Positions 43,289 through 56,008 of a stretch of 64,000 nucleotides of DNA are shown one piece after another; the stretch's first letter is position 1, and each line of letters starts with the position of its first letter. Source of the stretch: Eledone cirrhosa (lineage: Eukaryota). The notes below the pieces were generated by a model. That model was not told the DNA's origin, ran no database searches, and saw nothing but the letters and a program-made list of their open reading frames with translations. The position numbers and the translations under genes were made by a program. Location of the stretch: positions 264,740,001 to 264,804,000 of the forward strand of contig OZ024741.1 of assembly GCA_964016885.1 (NCBI GenBank), read 5' to 3'.

Positions 43289-43920
43289 AAGAATGAGAAA
43301 TAAAATAGATTGAGGGGACGGGCGGGATGGAATTGGAAAAAATGTCTTTAGATAAAAATAACAGGTCCATTCATGTTGACATCTCTTGCAAACTATTGGT
43401 GCTGGCGTTTTGTGTATGATTTGTTTTTTAGAAAAGTGGATGATGGCAGGCGTCTATCTGAAATGAAAAAAAAAACGTTTTGTAAAAAGAGCTATACTTG
43501 AACACGTGCGTAATCGTGTGTGTGTGTGTGTGTGTTATTATAGGTCCGTACGAAGCTAAGAAGAAATGTGTATGTATATGTGAGTAAAAGAGTTTGTGTA
43601 CATGTAAGTATGAAGCTATGAGTAAAAGTATGTTAATATAAGGGTTAGCGTACGTGGTATGTCTTTCTTCTTTGGTGTTATAAAATTAGTATCAATAAAC
43701 TTTCCTGGATATACTCTTATCCCAATCCTGTACATACTTTCCGATTGTCACTTTTTGTTTTTTTCGTGTGATACGCGAAGCAACCAACCAACAAACATCT
43801 ATCTTTTATATCTCTTTTATTTGTTCAATCAAAATATTTTTCAGCTAACGTTATCTAATGTTTAAAACATATGAATAGCTGCGAGTGTGTGTATATGTAT
43901 ATGTATATTTATATATGTAA

Positions 43921-43984
<64 letters not shown>

Positions 43985-43988
<4 letters not shown>

Positions 43989-44595
43989 CGTTTCTGAATT
44001 TGTTTAGCAACATTCTTTATCTGAAAACGTGTGTTGTAACCGATATTGTTATACTTTGGGAGGGTCATGTTGCCAATAAGAAACACACGCACCAGGTGGT
44101 TTCACTCCAATTTATTATAAATTAAATTTATAAATTTAAGAATTTATTAATTTCCGGTTGGTTGGTTGGTTCCACAACCGGACGGTTGTTCATATATTGT
44201 CAAAGTTCTTTCGTCACACATTCCGTGACCTCATCAGTGACCGGGGATTCTTTTCTTTGTTTTGTGCCTCTCCTTTGTTCTGTCCTACGCCATCTTCTTT
44301 TTGTGTGTGGTGTGCTTAGTTTGCGCATGTGTTACATCCGGGTGTCTGTGTGTGTATTTTATTTGTTTATTTATTTGTTTATTTACATGTTACTAGTTAG
44401 TTGTTTGTTCTATGTGTGTGTGTGTTTTCATTTTGTCCTTAATTGTGAGTTGTGATGTTGCTATTCCATTCATGTTTTCTATTTAATGTTGGTTGGAGTT
44501 CATTTATGTTTATTGCCTCTGTGATTTATAATAAATTGAAGTGAAAGCAACTGGTGCATGTGTTTCTTATTGGCAACATGACCTTCCCAAAGTAT

Positions 44596-44602
<7 letters not shown>
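43985..44602. mobile_element. Family H3 element with inverted partial copy
   Basis: 43985-44290 is homologous to the reverse complement of 21138-21455. 44525-44602 is an inverted repeat of 44043-44120. Confidence 0.75.
44199..44241 (-). ncRNA. Minimal hammerhead motif (H3)
   Basis: Minus strand: gtca CTGATGA g gtcac-ggaatgt-gtgac GAAA gaac TT tgac. Stems are conserved versus 21185-21229, while the loops and N7 differ. Confidence 0.65.
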
Positions 44603-44645
<43 letters not shown>

Positions 44646-44731
44646 AGAATATTTTCGAAACAGCGAGTGGGTTTGAAATTATTAGAAATGTAAGCTATCG
44701 CCGTATTTTGACTAAAGAAATAAAAAAAATG

Positions 44732-44849
44732 ATTTAGCCTGATAGTGAGGTTAAGAACCCTCGGAAAAATGGAAAAACGTGAGTATGTACGTCAATACTC
44801 ATCTTTTTCCATTTCTCCGAGGGTTCTTAACCCCACTATCAGGCTAAAT
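44732..44849. repeat. 118-bp imperfect palindrome
   Basis: atttagcctgatagtgaggttaagaaccctcgga... / ...tccgagggttcttaaccccactatcaggctaaat. Confidence 0.85.
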
Positions 44850-44862
44850 AATTTCTATATAA

Positions 44863-44919
<57 letters not shown>

Positions 44920-45321
44920 GAAGAATAAGACGGATAAGCTATACAGTAGGGTTTATTCCAAGTATTAACATATGTTTCATTGGCTAGTATGTGGTTGGAT
45001 GTGTCTTAAAATCGCTATCTGCAATGGTGTTGTGACACTTGAATTTAGATACTGCTTATAACAATCAAATTATCAAAATACAGATTGTGGATCTGGCGAG
45101 ACAACGTATTTATACTGAGGTGTACAGACATTAAGATGAAGGAAAACAAGATGAAAAGCAAGATGAAATAAGCAGTAATAAAACGAAATAAAATAAAATC
45201 TAAGTATAAATATAGGTATACAGACGTTAAGATGAAAAATAACGGTACAGATTACTTCTATCCTCTACTTGGATTACCTTAAACGACACCTCGTTTACTT
45301 CAATACTATATATATATATAT

Positions 45322-45518
45322 ATAGGAAAAGTATGACCCCGATGGCAGAGCTCAAGCCGTTTCGACGGCTATTTCTGGACTCCAGAAATAGCCGTCGAAA
45401 CGGCTTGAGCTCTGCCATCGGGGTCATACTTTTCCTATTTCCCACTCTACTACCTTAAGTATTGAGTACTCTAGTGCGTTATGGTCCATCTGGTTCCTTA
45501 CCACAATTCCATTGTTAT
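45322..45518 (+). mobile_element. Fold-back element family P: perfect 117-bp palindrome plus unique tail
   Basis: 45322-45379 is the reverse complement of 45381-45438. Homologs at 46906-47113 and 55094-55300. Flanked by (TA)n. Confidence 0.85.
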
Positions 45519-45569
45519 ATATATATATATATACAGATATATATTAAAGCCTGGATATATATGCGCACT

Positions 45570-45600
<31 letters not shown>

Positions 45601-45607
45601 ACACACT

Positions 45608-45655
<48 letters not shown>

Positions 45656-45745
45656 TAACAGATTGCTCTACGGTTCTTATATATTTGATATATATTTATC
45701 CTTATCGAGCCCTCTTTGGATTTTAGTCTTCAAATTTATTATTAT

Positions 45746-45787
<42 letters not shown>

Positions 45788-45991
45788 ATAAATTAACGGA
45801 GTCATAGACTCTCGCTATTCCCTGTCAATAATGTGCTCAAAGGAGAAGGTTATAGATTCCATACACTGGTGGTTTTTCCCTGTTTTATTGATGTCGCGCT
45901 ATCTCTCTAGTGTGTTACCTTTTCAACATATTGTATATATATATATAAATACGATATTAACAAATGGAAACTATATTTATAAAACCATATT

Positions 45992-46056
45992 TATTTCATT
46001 ATACATATTTCAAGGACACCAAGTTAAATTATGGTGTGCTTTCATCAGATAAAATA
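45992..46056 (-). ncRNA. Type I hammerhead ribozyme (H6, left arm)
   Basis: Exact mirror of 46156-46220 within the inverted repeat 45948-46263. Confidence 0.78.
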
Positions 46057-46155
46057 TAATATAGAGCAGTTTTATAAATAAATATTGACATACCCTTAAA
46101 GAATGCAACCATTACAGTTGGAAGCTCCTGGATAGTATAAAACTGCTCTATATTA

Positions 46156-46220
46156 TATTTTATCTGATGAAAGCACACCATAATTTAACTTGGTGTCCTT
46201 GAAATATGTATAATGAAATA
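46156..46220 (+). ncRNA. Type I hammerhead ribozyme (H6, right arm)
   Basis: tattttat CTGATGA aagcacacca-taatttaact-tggtgtcctt GAAA t-atgt-a TA atgaaata. 8-bp stem I with one G-U pair. Confidence 0.8.
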
Positions 46221-46387
46221 AATATGGTTTTATAAATATAGTTTCCATTTGTTAATATCGTATTTTTACTCCAATTATTTGTTGAGTGCTTTATATTAGT
46301 TATAAAAATATTTGCTTGTTGTATCCCAACAATTTAAATAGAAATTCTACATATATATATATATATATATATATTTGAAAAAAAGGA

Positions 46388-46634
46388 AAAGAATGACTTC
46401 ACTTGTAGTTCTAAATAATTTGATTTAATTTTATGATATTATAATATTATGAGTTGGTAGACCTAGTAAGACTTTTGTTAACTTCGGTGGGAAGAATTTT
46501 AAAGATTCCTGGTTAAAATTCTTTAAAATTCTTCCCACCGAAGTTAACAAAGAACTTACTAGGTCTACCAACTCATAATATTATATTATAAAATTAAATC
46601 AAATAATTTAGAATTACAAATGAAGTCATTCTTT
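46388..46634. repeat. About 245-bp imperfect palindrome
   Basis: gaatgacttca...tgagttggtagacctagtaag...ttcggtgggaagaattttaaaga / tctttaaaattcttcccaccgaa...cttactaggtctaccaactca...tgaagtcattc. Confidence 0.85.
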
Positions 46635-46905
46635 ACCTAACTATACCAAGAATCTCACACATTTTCCAATATATATTATATATATATTGGGTCGTCAAGT
46701 ATACAATTTGTAGAAATTTCATACTTGACGACCCAGTATATATATATATAAGAAAAAAAAGATTAAATCGAAAATGCAACTGGAGTCTTTTTTTTTAAAA
46801 TATATATTTATTTGGTTCCTTTACCGATTTCGCAGTTCTTCTGATTTTCAAAAGTAGAGTTGAGATGGAGGGTCTGTGGTTTTTCTCACATCTGTATATA
46901 TATAT

Positions 46906-47108
46906 ATAACGAAGGAAATGTGGTAAGGAACCAGATGGACCATAACGCACCAAAGTACTCAATACTTAGGGTAGTAGAGTGGGTAATAGGAACAAGTAGG
47001 ACCCCGACGGCTGAGCTCAAGCCGTTTCGACGGCTAATTCTGGACATATTTGAGTCCAGAATTAGCCGTCGAAACTGCTTGAGCTCAGCCGTCAGGGTCC
47101 TACTTGTT

Positions 47109-47113
<5 letters not shown>
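46906..47113 (-). mobile_element. Fold-back element family P
   Basis: Arms 46986-47045 and 47054-47113, with the tail on the left in minus orientation. Confidence 0.85.
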
Positions 47114-47161
<48 letters not shown>

Positions 47162-47171
<10 letters not shown>

Positions 47172-47355
47172 CGTAAAATAAGAAAATTATAAAATTAACT
47201 TAGTAAGTTAATTTTATAATTTTCTTATTTTACGTCTCTCATATTATTGTTCTGCAACCCCATGCATTGAACCACAAAGTTACTAAGACAAAACCTATAT
47301 ATTTGCTAGCATTGATATGCATCTGTATGTATATATATGTTACTAGATATTAATT

Positions 47356-47360
<5 letters not shown>
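47162..47360 (+). mobile_element. TA-flanked element beginning with an 83-bp palindrome
   Basis: gagagacgtaaaataagaaaattataaaattaactt-agt-aagttaatttt...gtctctc. Its body is homologous to 37148-37310. Confidence 0.75.
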
Positions 47361-47396
<36 letters not shown>

Positions 47397-48164
47397 TAGA
47401 TAGATAGATATAATTTAGCGAGAATCGCATTTCGGCAGGTAGAAATTAGCGAAACGCAACTTCAATAATGTGCAGACAAGCGCTCCATGCATATGAAGAG
47501 GATAGCAGAGCTATAAACATAAGTTAAAATGGTCATACACGCTGAGACGATGGTTAAGAAGCCATAGCCACCATAGCCAAAAAAATATATATATCCCGGA
47601 GAGGGATGGGCTCCGCCAGGTTTAAAATGCCCAAGAAACGCCGTTATTATATATGACTGTGTGTGTGTAAGTGTGTATTGGCCATATGTATATATACAAT
47701 TTGGTCTAACTTATGTTAATTTATTTGCGGTTGGTTAAACTACCAGGTACAAGTTAGTACAATACTTCGGTGAGAAGGATATAAATCAGGACGGAGTGAA
47801 TTTCATTTATATTAGGGAGATTGATAGAAAGGCCTGCCGGGTTTTTTTACGTAACATATATATGTATCAACATATTAAAGATCCTTATAAATACAAAGTA
47901 GGTCCCATATTATCTAATGTACCCACGTTTTCCTTATTCCTGATGTCAGGGTGTGATGTAACTGTTGCGATAACCTTTGTTGTTGTCACTATTGTTATTG
48001 TCCTAGTAATGATATGTAATTACATGTGTAGAGGAGAGAAAGTCTATACAACTGCCAATGTTAAATGTTAAATATCCCACATTAAGCATCATTCCACTTC
48101 TCAACTAAAACATTATAATTCAGCTTTTCCTTCTTACTTCTTTTTCTAGTTTTAGTGTTATTTG

Positions 48165-49905
48165 TTGTTGTTGTTATGCGGGGTAGGGTGGTTGTTAGTA
48201 ATGGCTGTTGCTGTTGTTGTTGTTGTTGTTGGCGGGGTGGGGTGGGTGTTAGTAATGGCTGTTGCTGTTGTTGTTGTGGTTGTTGGCGGGGTGGGGTGGG
48301 TGTTAGGTAATGGCTATTGCTGTTGTTGTTGTTGGCGGGGTGGGGTGGGTGTTAGTAATGGCTGTTGTTGTTGTTGGCGGGGTGGGGTGGGTGTTAGTAA
48401 TGGCTGTTGCTGTTGTTGTTGTTGGCGGGGTGGGGTGGGTGTTAGTAATGGCTGTTGTTGTTGTTGGCGGGGTGGGGTGGGTGTTAGTAATGGCTGTTGC
48501 TGTTGTTGTTGTTGGCGGGGTGGGGTGGGTGTTAGTAATGGCTGTTGCTGTTGTTGGCGGGGTGGGGTGGGTGTTAGTAATGGCTATTGCTGTTGTTGTT
48601 GTTGGCGGGGTGGGGTGGGTGTTAGTAATGGCTATTGTTGTTGTTGTTGTTGGCGGGGTGGGGTGGGTGTTAGTAATGGCTGTTGCTGTTGTTGTTGTTG
48701 GCGGGGTGGGGTGGGTGTTAGTAATGGCTATTGTTGTTGTTGTTGTTGGCGGGGTGGGGTGGGTGTTAGTAATAGCTGTTGCTGTTGTTGTTGTTGGCGG
48801 GGTGGGGTGGGTGTTAGTAATGGCTATTGTTGTTGTTGTTGTTGGCGGGGTGGGGTGGGTGTTAGTAATAGCTGTTGCTGTTGTTGTTGTTGGCGGGGTG
48901 GGGTGGGTGTTAGTAATGGCTATTGCTGTTGTTGTTGTTGGCGGGGTGGGGTGGGTGTTAGTAATGGCTGTTGCTGTTGTTGTTGTTGGCGGGGTGGGGT
49001 GGGTGTTAGTAATGGCTATTGTTGTTGTTGTTGTTGGCGGGGTGGGGTGGGTGTTAGTAATGGCTATTGCTGTTGTTGTTGTTGGCGGGGTGGGGTGGGT
49101 GTTAGTAATGGCTATTGTTGTTGTTGTTGTTGGCGGGGTGGGGTGGGTGTTAGTAATAGCTGTTGCTGTTGTTGTTGTTGGCGGGGTGGGGTGGGTGTTA
49201 GTAATGACTATTGCTGTTGTTGTTGTTGGCGGGGTGGGGTGGGTGTTAGTAATGGCTATTGCTGTTGTTGTTGTTGGCGGGGTGGGGTGGGTGTTAGTAA
49301 TGGCTATTGTTGTTGTTGTTGTTGGCGGGGTGGGGTGGGTGTTAGTAATGGCTGTTGCTGTTGTTGTTGTTGGCGGGGTGGGGTGGGTGTTAGTAATGGC
49401 TATTGCTGTTGTTGTTGTTGGCGGGGTGGGGTGGGTGTTAGTAATGGCTATTGCTGTTGTTGTTGTTGTTTTGGTGGGGTGGGTGTTAGTAATGGCTATT
49501 GCTGTTGTTGTTGTTGTTTTGGTGGGGTGGGTGTTAGTAATGGCTATTGCTGTTGTTGTTGTTGGCGGGGTGGGGTGGGTGTTAGTAATGGCTATTGCTG
49601 TTGTTGTTGTTGTTTTGGTGGGGTGGGTGTTAGTAATGGCTATTGCTGTTGTTGTTGTTGTTTTGGTGGGGTGGGTGTTAGTAATGGCTATTGCTGTTGT
49701 TGTTGTTGGCGGGGTGGGGTGGGTGTTAGTAATGGCTATTGCTGTTGTTGTTGGCGGGGTGGGGTGGGTGTTAGTAATGGCTATTGCTGTTGTTGTTGTT
49801 GGTGGGGTGGGGTGGGTGTTAGTAATGGCTATTGCTGTTGTTGTTGTTGTTTTGGTGGGGGTAGGGCGGTTCTTAGTAGTGGCTGTTGCTGTTGTTGTTG
49901 TTGTT
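48165..49905. repeat. 48-bp G-rich minisatellite, about 36 units
   Basis: ttggcggggtggggtgggtgttagtaatggctattgctgttgttgttg, with length variants in steps of 3. Confidence 0.97.
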
Positions 49906-49929
49906 GATATTGTCATTGATAAAAATGAT

Positions 49930-50115
49930 AATTGTTTCTACTTTTTGGCACAAGGCCAGCAATTACCCAGTGCATTACTGGTACTTTATTTTATCGACCC
50001 CGTAAGGATGAAAGGCAAAGTTAACCTCGGCGGGAGTTGAACTCAGAATGGCAAGGGCCGTAACTCTATGCGTCAAAGCATGGCGTCCGACCCTCTACCG
50101 ATACTGCCAATCCAC
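49930..50115 (-). mobile_element. Family A SINE
   Basis: Full core on the minus strand. Confidence 0.9.
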
Positions 50116-50139
50116 ATGATAATGATGTTATTGTTAGTG

Positions 50140-50695
50140 TTGTTGATGGTGATAGTGATGTTGTTGGTGGTGGTGGTGGTGTTGGCTTTGGAGGTGTTGT
50201 TGTAGGTGTTGGTGGTGGTTTTGGTGCTGGCGTTGATGGTGTTGTAGTTGGCGTCGATTGTGGTGGTGGTTTTGGTGCTGGCGTTGATGGTGGTGTTGAT
50301 GGTGGTGGTGGTGGTGGTGGTGGTGATGATGGTGGTGGTGGTGGTGGTGGTGGTGGTGGTGGTGGTGGTGGTGTTGGTGGTGGTTTTGGTGCTGGCGTTG
50401 ATGGTGTTGTAGTTGGCGTCGATTGTGGTGGTGGTTTTGGTGCTGGCGTTGATGGTGGTGTTGGTGGTGTTGATGGTGGTGGTGGTGGTGATGATGGTGG
50501 TGGTAGTGGTGGTGGTGGTGGTGGTGGTAGTGGTGGTGGTTTTGGTGCTGGCGTTGATGGTGTTGTAGTTGGCGTCGATTGTGGTGGTGGTTTTGGTGCT
50601 TGCGTTGATGGTGGTGTTGGTGGTGGTGGTGGTGGTAGTGGTGGTGGTGATGATGGTGGTGGTAGTGGTGGTAGTGGTGGTAGTGGTGGTGGTGT
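50140..50695. repeat. (GGT)n-derived tract with internal duplications
   Basis: Directly visible. Confidence 0.9.
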
Positions 50696-50900
50696 AAGTC
50701 GTTTCAGTAAATGGTGTGATTTGCCATCAACCAATGGCGAACAACATCCTTGCTTGAAATTTGTCTGTAAATAGTAGTTAAATTGTTTATTAGAGACAGG
50801 ATACCTTGTTGGCTGGTATACAGTGTGTTGTATACATATTATAACGTAGGGGCTTGTCAATGTGTGTAGGTGTGTGTGTTGTGTCTGCGTTCTTTAACTG

Positions 50901-50974
<74 letters not shown>

Positions 50975-51098
50975 TCTCTCTCTCTCTCTCACCCTCTCTC
51001 TCTCTCTGAAATAAAGCAGACGATGGGGTGCTGAAAGATTCTTGGCTTTGGGTAAAAGAAAATACAGGAGGATCAATTAATTATGGTTTTATTCAACA

Positions 51099-52133
51099 CT
51101 AGCCGAATTACCCGCGCCTTGCTGCGTTTCACACATTTTTTTTTTGTAAGAACATGATTGATTTTAAATCAGTGATATAATTTATGGAGAAAAATTCTGC
51201 ATTTCAATATTACTTAATGTAAAATGTAATGCATGAACAATTGGAAAACATTATTTTTGTAGGGCGGTGAATTGGCAGTATCGGTAGAGGGTTGGGTTAT
51301 GCTTTCCAGCATAGTTACGTCCCTTTACGATCTGAGTTCAATTCCCGCCGAGGTTAACTTTGCCTTTCATCCTTACGGGGTCGATAAAATAAAGCACCAG
51401 TAATGTACTGGGATAATTGCTGGCCTTGTGCCAAAAAGTAGAAACAATTATTTTTTGTGGATTGGCAGTATCGGTAGAGGGTCGGACGCCATGCTTTCCA
51501 GCATAGTTACGTCCCTTTACGATCTGAGTTCAAATCCCGCCGAGGTTGACTTTGCCTTTCATCCTTACGGGGGTCGATAAAATAAAGTACCAGTAATGCA
51601 CTGGTAATTGCTGGCCTTGTGCCTAACGTAGAAACAATTATTTTTTGTAAGAGTTACGGCCCTTGCCATTCTGAGTTCAAATCCTGCCGAGGTTGACTTT
51701 GCCTTTCATCCTTACGGGGTCGATAAAATAAAGTACCAGTAATGTACTGGGTAATTGCTGGCCTTGTGCCAAAAAGTAGAAACAATTATTTTTTGTAATA
51801 AATCAAATCAAAATTACATTATTAAATCTTATTCTTATTTTGTCTCTTGTAAATAATTTTTTTCAAAATATCAATTCAAAACTTTTGTGAATAGGCATCA
51901 TATCTTGTCATTTACCTATGGTTTAAATTTCATATAAATCGAAACAAAACAATTTTCAGCGGGGGTTTGTACCCCGGGGAACCCTTTGATTAAAATGAAA
52001 TATACTTATCCAACTACCCTGGGCAATGTAGTTTCAGAATATATATGTTTATGGGGGTCTATCTCCAAAACCATAGGAGGAGTTCGTGAACAAACAAACA
52101 GACAGACAGGAACTACAACTTTATATATATAGA
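51099..52133 (-). mobile_element. Non-autonomous Helitron hosting three SINEs
   Basis: Minus strand A|TCTATATATATAAAG..ctgtctgtctgtttgtttgt ... cgcagcaaggcgcgggtaattcggCTAG|T. Confidence 0.8.
51263..51787 (+). mobile_element. Three head-to-tail family A SINEs
   Basis: Copies at about 51263-51447, 51458-51637 and 51650-51786, each followed by attattttttgt. Confidence 0.92.
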
Positions 52134-52272
52134 TATTCCCGTCTCAGATTCACACACTTATTGCAGCTGTCCTCCTTCACCTGTAAAGTTAACAGCTCTA
52201 CCCTTTCGTGATACCCTTCAAGCCAGGAACTTTTCAGCAACCCCACGTATAAATGTGTGCATGAGCATTTGT

Positions 52273-52341
<69 letters not shown>

Positions 52342-52551
52342 TGTGTGTTTAAGCTCCATTATCCACAAATGGCATTATTAAAGTACAGAGAAGAAAATAG
52401 CTTCAAGCAAAAATCGGGGGAGGGAAGGAGAGAGAGAAAGTGGGAGAGAAGGTGGGAGAGGAGGGGTGGTTTGCGGAAGAGAGAGGTTGGGAGAAATTTA
52501 CACTTAAGTCTGTTTGGTGATTCGGCCGTGCCCTGCAGTATTGAAAGTAAG

Positions 52552-52762
52552 ACCACCACCACCACGAACACTATCATCAGCATCACCACCATCACCATCA
52601 CCACCATCACCATCATCACCATCACCATCACCACCACCATCACCATCACCACCACCATCACTATCATCACCATCACCACCATCACCATCATCACCATCAC
52701 CATCACCACCACCATCACCATCACCACCACCATCGCCATCATCACCATCACCATCATGGCCG

Positions 52763-52800
<38 letters not shown>

Positions 52801-53885
52801 TTAACCACCACCGCCATCATCATCATTATCGTCATCAACACCATCACCACTATCATCATCACGATCATCAACACCATCACCACCATCACCATCACCATCA
52901 CCACCACCACCATCACCATCATCATCACCACCACAACCATTACCACCACCATCATCACCATCACCATCATCACCACCACCATTACCACCACCATCATCAT
53001 CATCACCACCACCACCATCACCATCATCATCACCACCACCACCACCACCATCATCATCACCACCATCACCATCATCATCACCACCACCACCATCACCATC
53101 ATCATCACCACCACCACCATCACCACCACCATCACCACCACCACCATCACCATCATCATCACCACCACCACCATCACCACCACCACCATTACCACCACCA
53201 TCACCATCATCATCATCACCACCACCATCACCATCATCATCACCACCATCACCACCACAACCATTACTATCACCATCACCATCATCATCACCACCACCAC
53301 CATCACCATCATCATCATCACCACCACCATCATCATCACCACCACCACCATCACCATCATCATCACCACCACAACCATTACCACCACCATCATCATCATC
53401 ACCACCACCACCATCACCATCATCATCACCACCACCACCATCACCATCATCATCACCACCACCACCATTACCACCACCATCACCATCATCATCATCATCA
53501 CCACCACCATCACCATCATCATCACCACCACCACCATCACCACCACCATCACCACCACCACCATTACCATCACCATCACCATCATCATCACCACCACCAC
53601 CATCACCATCATCATCATCACCACCACCATCATCATCACCACCACCACCATCACCATCATCATCACCACCACAACCATTACCACCACCATCATCATCATC
53701 ACCACCACCACCATCACCATCATCATCACCACCACCACCATCACCACCACCATCACCACCACCACCATTACCACCACCATCACCATCATCATCATCACCA
53801 CCACCATCACCATCATCATCACCACCACCACCATCACCACCACCATCACCACCACCACCATTACCATCACCATCACCATCATCAG
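52552..53885. repeat. (CAC/CAT)n trinucleotide tract
   Basis: Directly visible. Confidence 0.96.
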
Positions 53886-54049
53886 TAATGTAGAGTGCAG
53901 TGAAACAAGATGTCAGTTGGTAGTGTGAATGAAAGACGCCATTCACAGTTGTGGGTCCCTGTAGGAAGACTAAGATGACAATATGTCTAAGGCTGTTGGA
54001 AAGGAATTCTTTGGTAGTAATGATGGTCTAACAGATGTTTGTTGGGGGT

Positions 54050-54976
54050 CACATACACACATATACATATACATACACATACATACACATACATATACAT
54101 ATACATACACACACATATACATATACATACATACACATACACATACACACATATACATACACATACATATACATATACATACACACACATATACATATAC
54201 ATACATACACATACACATACACACATATACATACACATACACACATATACATACACATACACACATATACATACACATACACACATATACATATACATAC
54301 ACATACATATACATACATATACATATACATACACACACATATACATATACATATACATACACATACATATACATATACATACATACACATATACATATGC
54401 ATACACATACATATACATACATATACATATACATACATATATATACATATACATATACATACATACACATACACATACACACATATACATACACATACAC
54501 ACATATACATACACATACACACATACATATGCATACACATACATATACATACATATACATATACATACATATACATACATATACATACACACACATACAC
54601 ATACACATACATACACATACACATACACACATATACATACACATACACACATATACATATGCATACACATACATATACATACATATACATATACATACAC
54701 ACACATATACATACACATACATATACATACACATACATACACATACACACACATACACATACACATACATACACATACATATACATACACACACATATAC
54801 ATACACATACACATACATACATACACACACATACATGCACACACATACATATACATACACATACATATACGTACACATACATACATATACATACACACAC
54901 ATACATATACATGCACATACATACATATACTACACATACATATACAACCACAGACACACACACACATATATATATA
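54050..54976. repeat. (ACAT/ACATAT)n tract
   Basis: Directly visible. Confidence 0.95.
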
Positions 54977-55037
54977 AGTTAATCCCGGGTTCAATCGGGG
55001 GTAACCACAGTAAGTAAGGTACTCAATACAAAGCAGA

Positions 55038-55093
<56 letters not shown>

Positions 55094-55098
<5 letters not shown>

Positions 55099-55300
55099 AA
55101 CAAGTAGGACCCCGACGGCTGAGCTCAAGCCGTTTCGACGGCTAATTCTGGACTGTTTTAGTCCAGAATTAGCCGTCGAAACGGCTTGAGCTCAGCCGTC
55201 GGGGTCCTACTCGTTCCTATTACCCACTCTACTACCCTAAGTATTGAGTACTTTGGTGCGTTATGGTTCATCTGGTTCCTTACCACATTTCCTTCGTTAT
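55094..55300 (+). mobile_element. Fold-back element family P
   Basis: Arms 55094-55154 and 55160-55220 with a gtttt loop. Contains GAAA cggct-tgagctc-agccg TC, the 3' half of a hammerhead. Confidence 0.85.
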
Positions 55301-55468
55301 ATATATATATATTCGTTATAATAACTTAATTTAGTTATTATTGCACCGACGTGAGGTATATGATTTTTAATGCAATGAAATATCTATGATCGTCGGCAAA
55401 TCACTGATGAGGGACTTATTTTATTACATGTTATCCATGTGCAACCAGCAGTATTCTTCTCCCTATTT

Positions 55469-55523
<55 letters not shown>

Positions 55524-56008
55524 AATATAATTTCAGTGAGATCGTATTTCGGCTGTGGTCAAAAACAAAGCGAAACGCAATCCTCGAGATATGCGGCAAG
55601 CGCTCAATGGACTAAAAGAAGACCAGATCAATTAACATACGTTATAGAGGCCAGACAAACTGAAAACGGTGGTCATGAAGCTATCAGCCACCGGAGCCAA
55701 AAAAACGAAGCAAGCTAAACAGGTTAACAAAAGAATTTACCTGGACCTTCTGGAAACTGATGGTATAATCCAGTGGGAGGTTTTTGTGACACCTAAATCG
55801 ATTATACTGCCTGCTTTCGTTGTAAGCTTTTGGTATAACGATCGAACAAGGCTGCCATTTCATCAACAGGTATTTTGTTCTCAGCCGGCGAGCGGGTTCC
55901 AATGCATTAGTAGTGGCGGAGTGACTACCCCCACGTGTTTACTCTGCAAGGGAGGTAACCCGGTTTTTGGCGGATGCATTCAGAATGTGTATTATTATTG
56001 ATATATAT

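Noticed and set aside
44968-45082. Hammerhead-like motif on the minus strand (gtatt TTGATAA...GAAA catatg TT aatac); similar weak cases at 25568-25603 and 46818-46856
   Set aside because: Core changes together with poor stems. They may be relics but cannot be supported individually.
48162-49907. 581-aa Cys-rich keratin-associated or metallothionein-like protein
   Set aside because: Product of a 48-bp satellite that is equally open in other frames.
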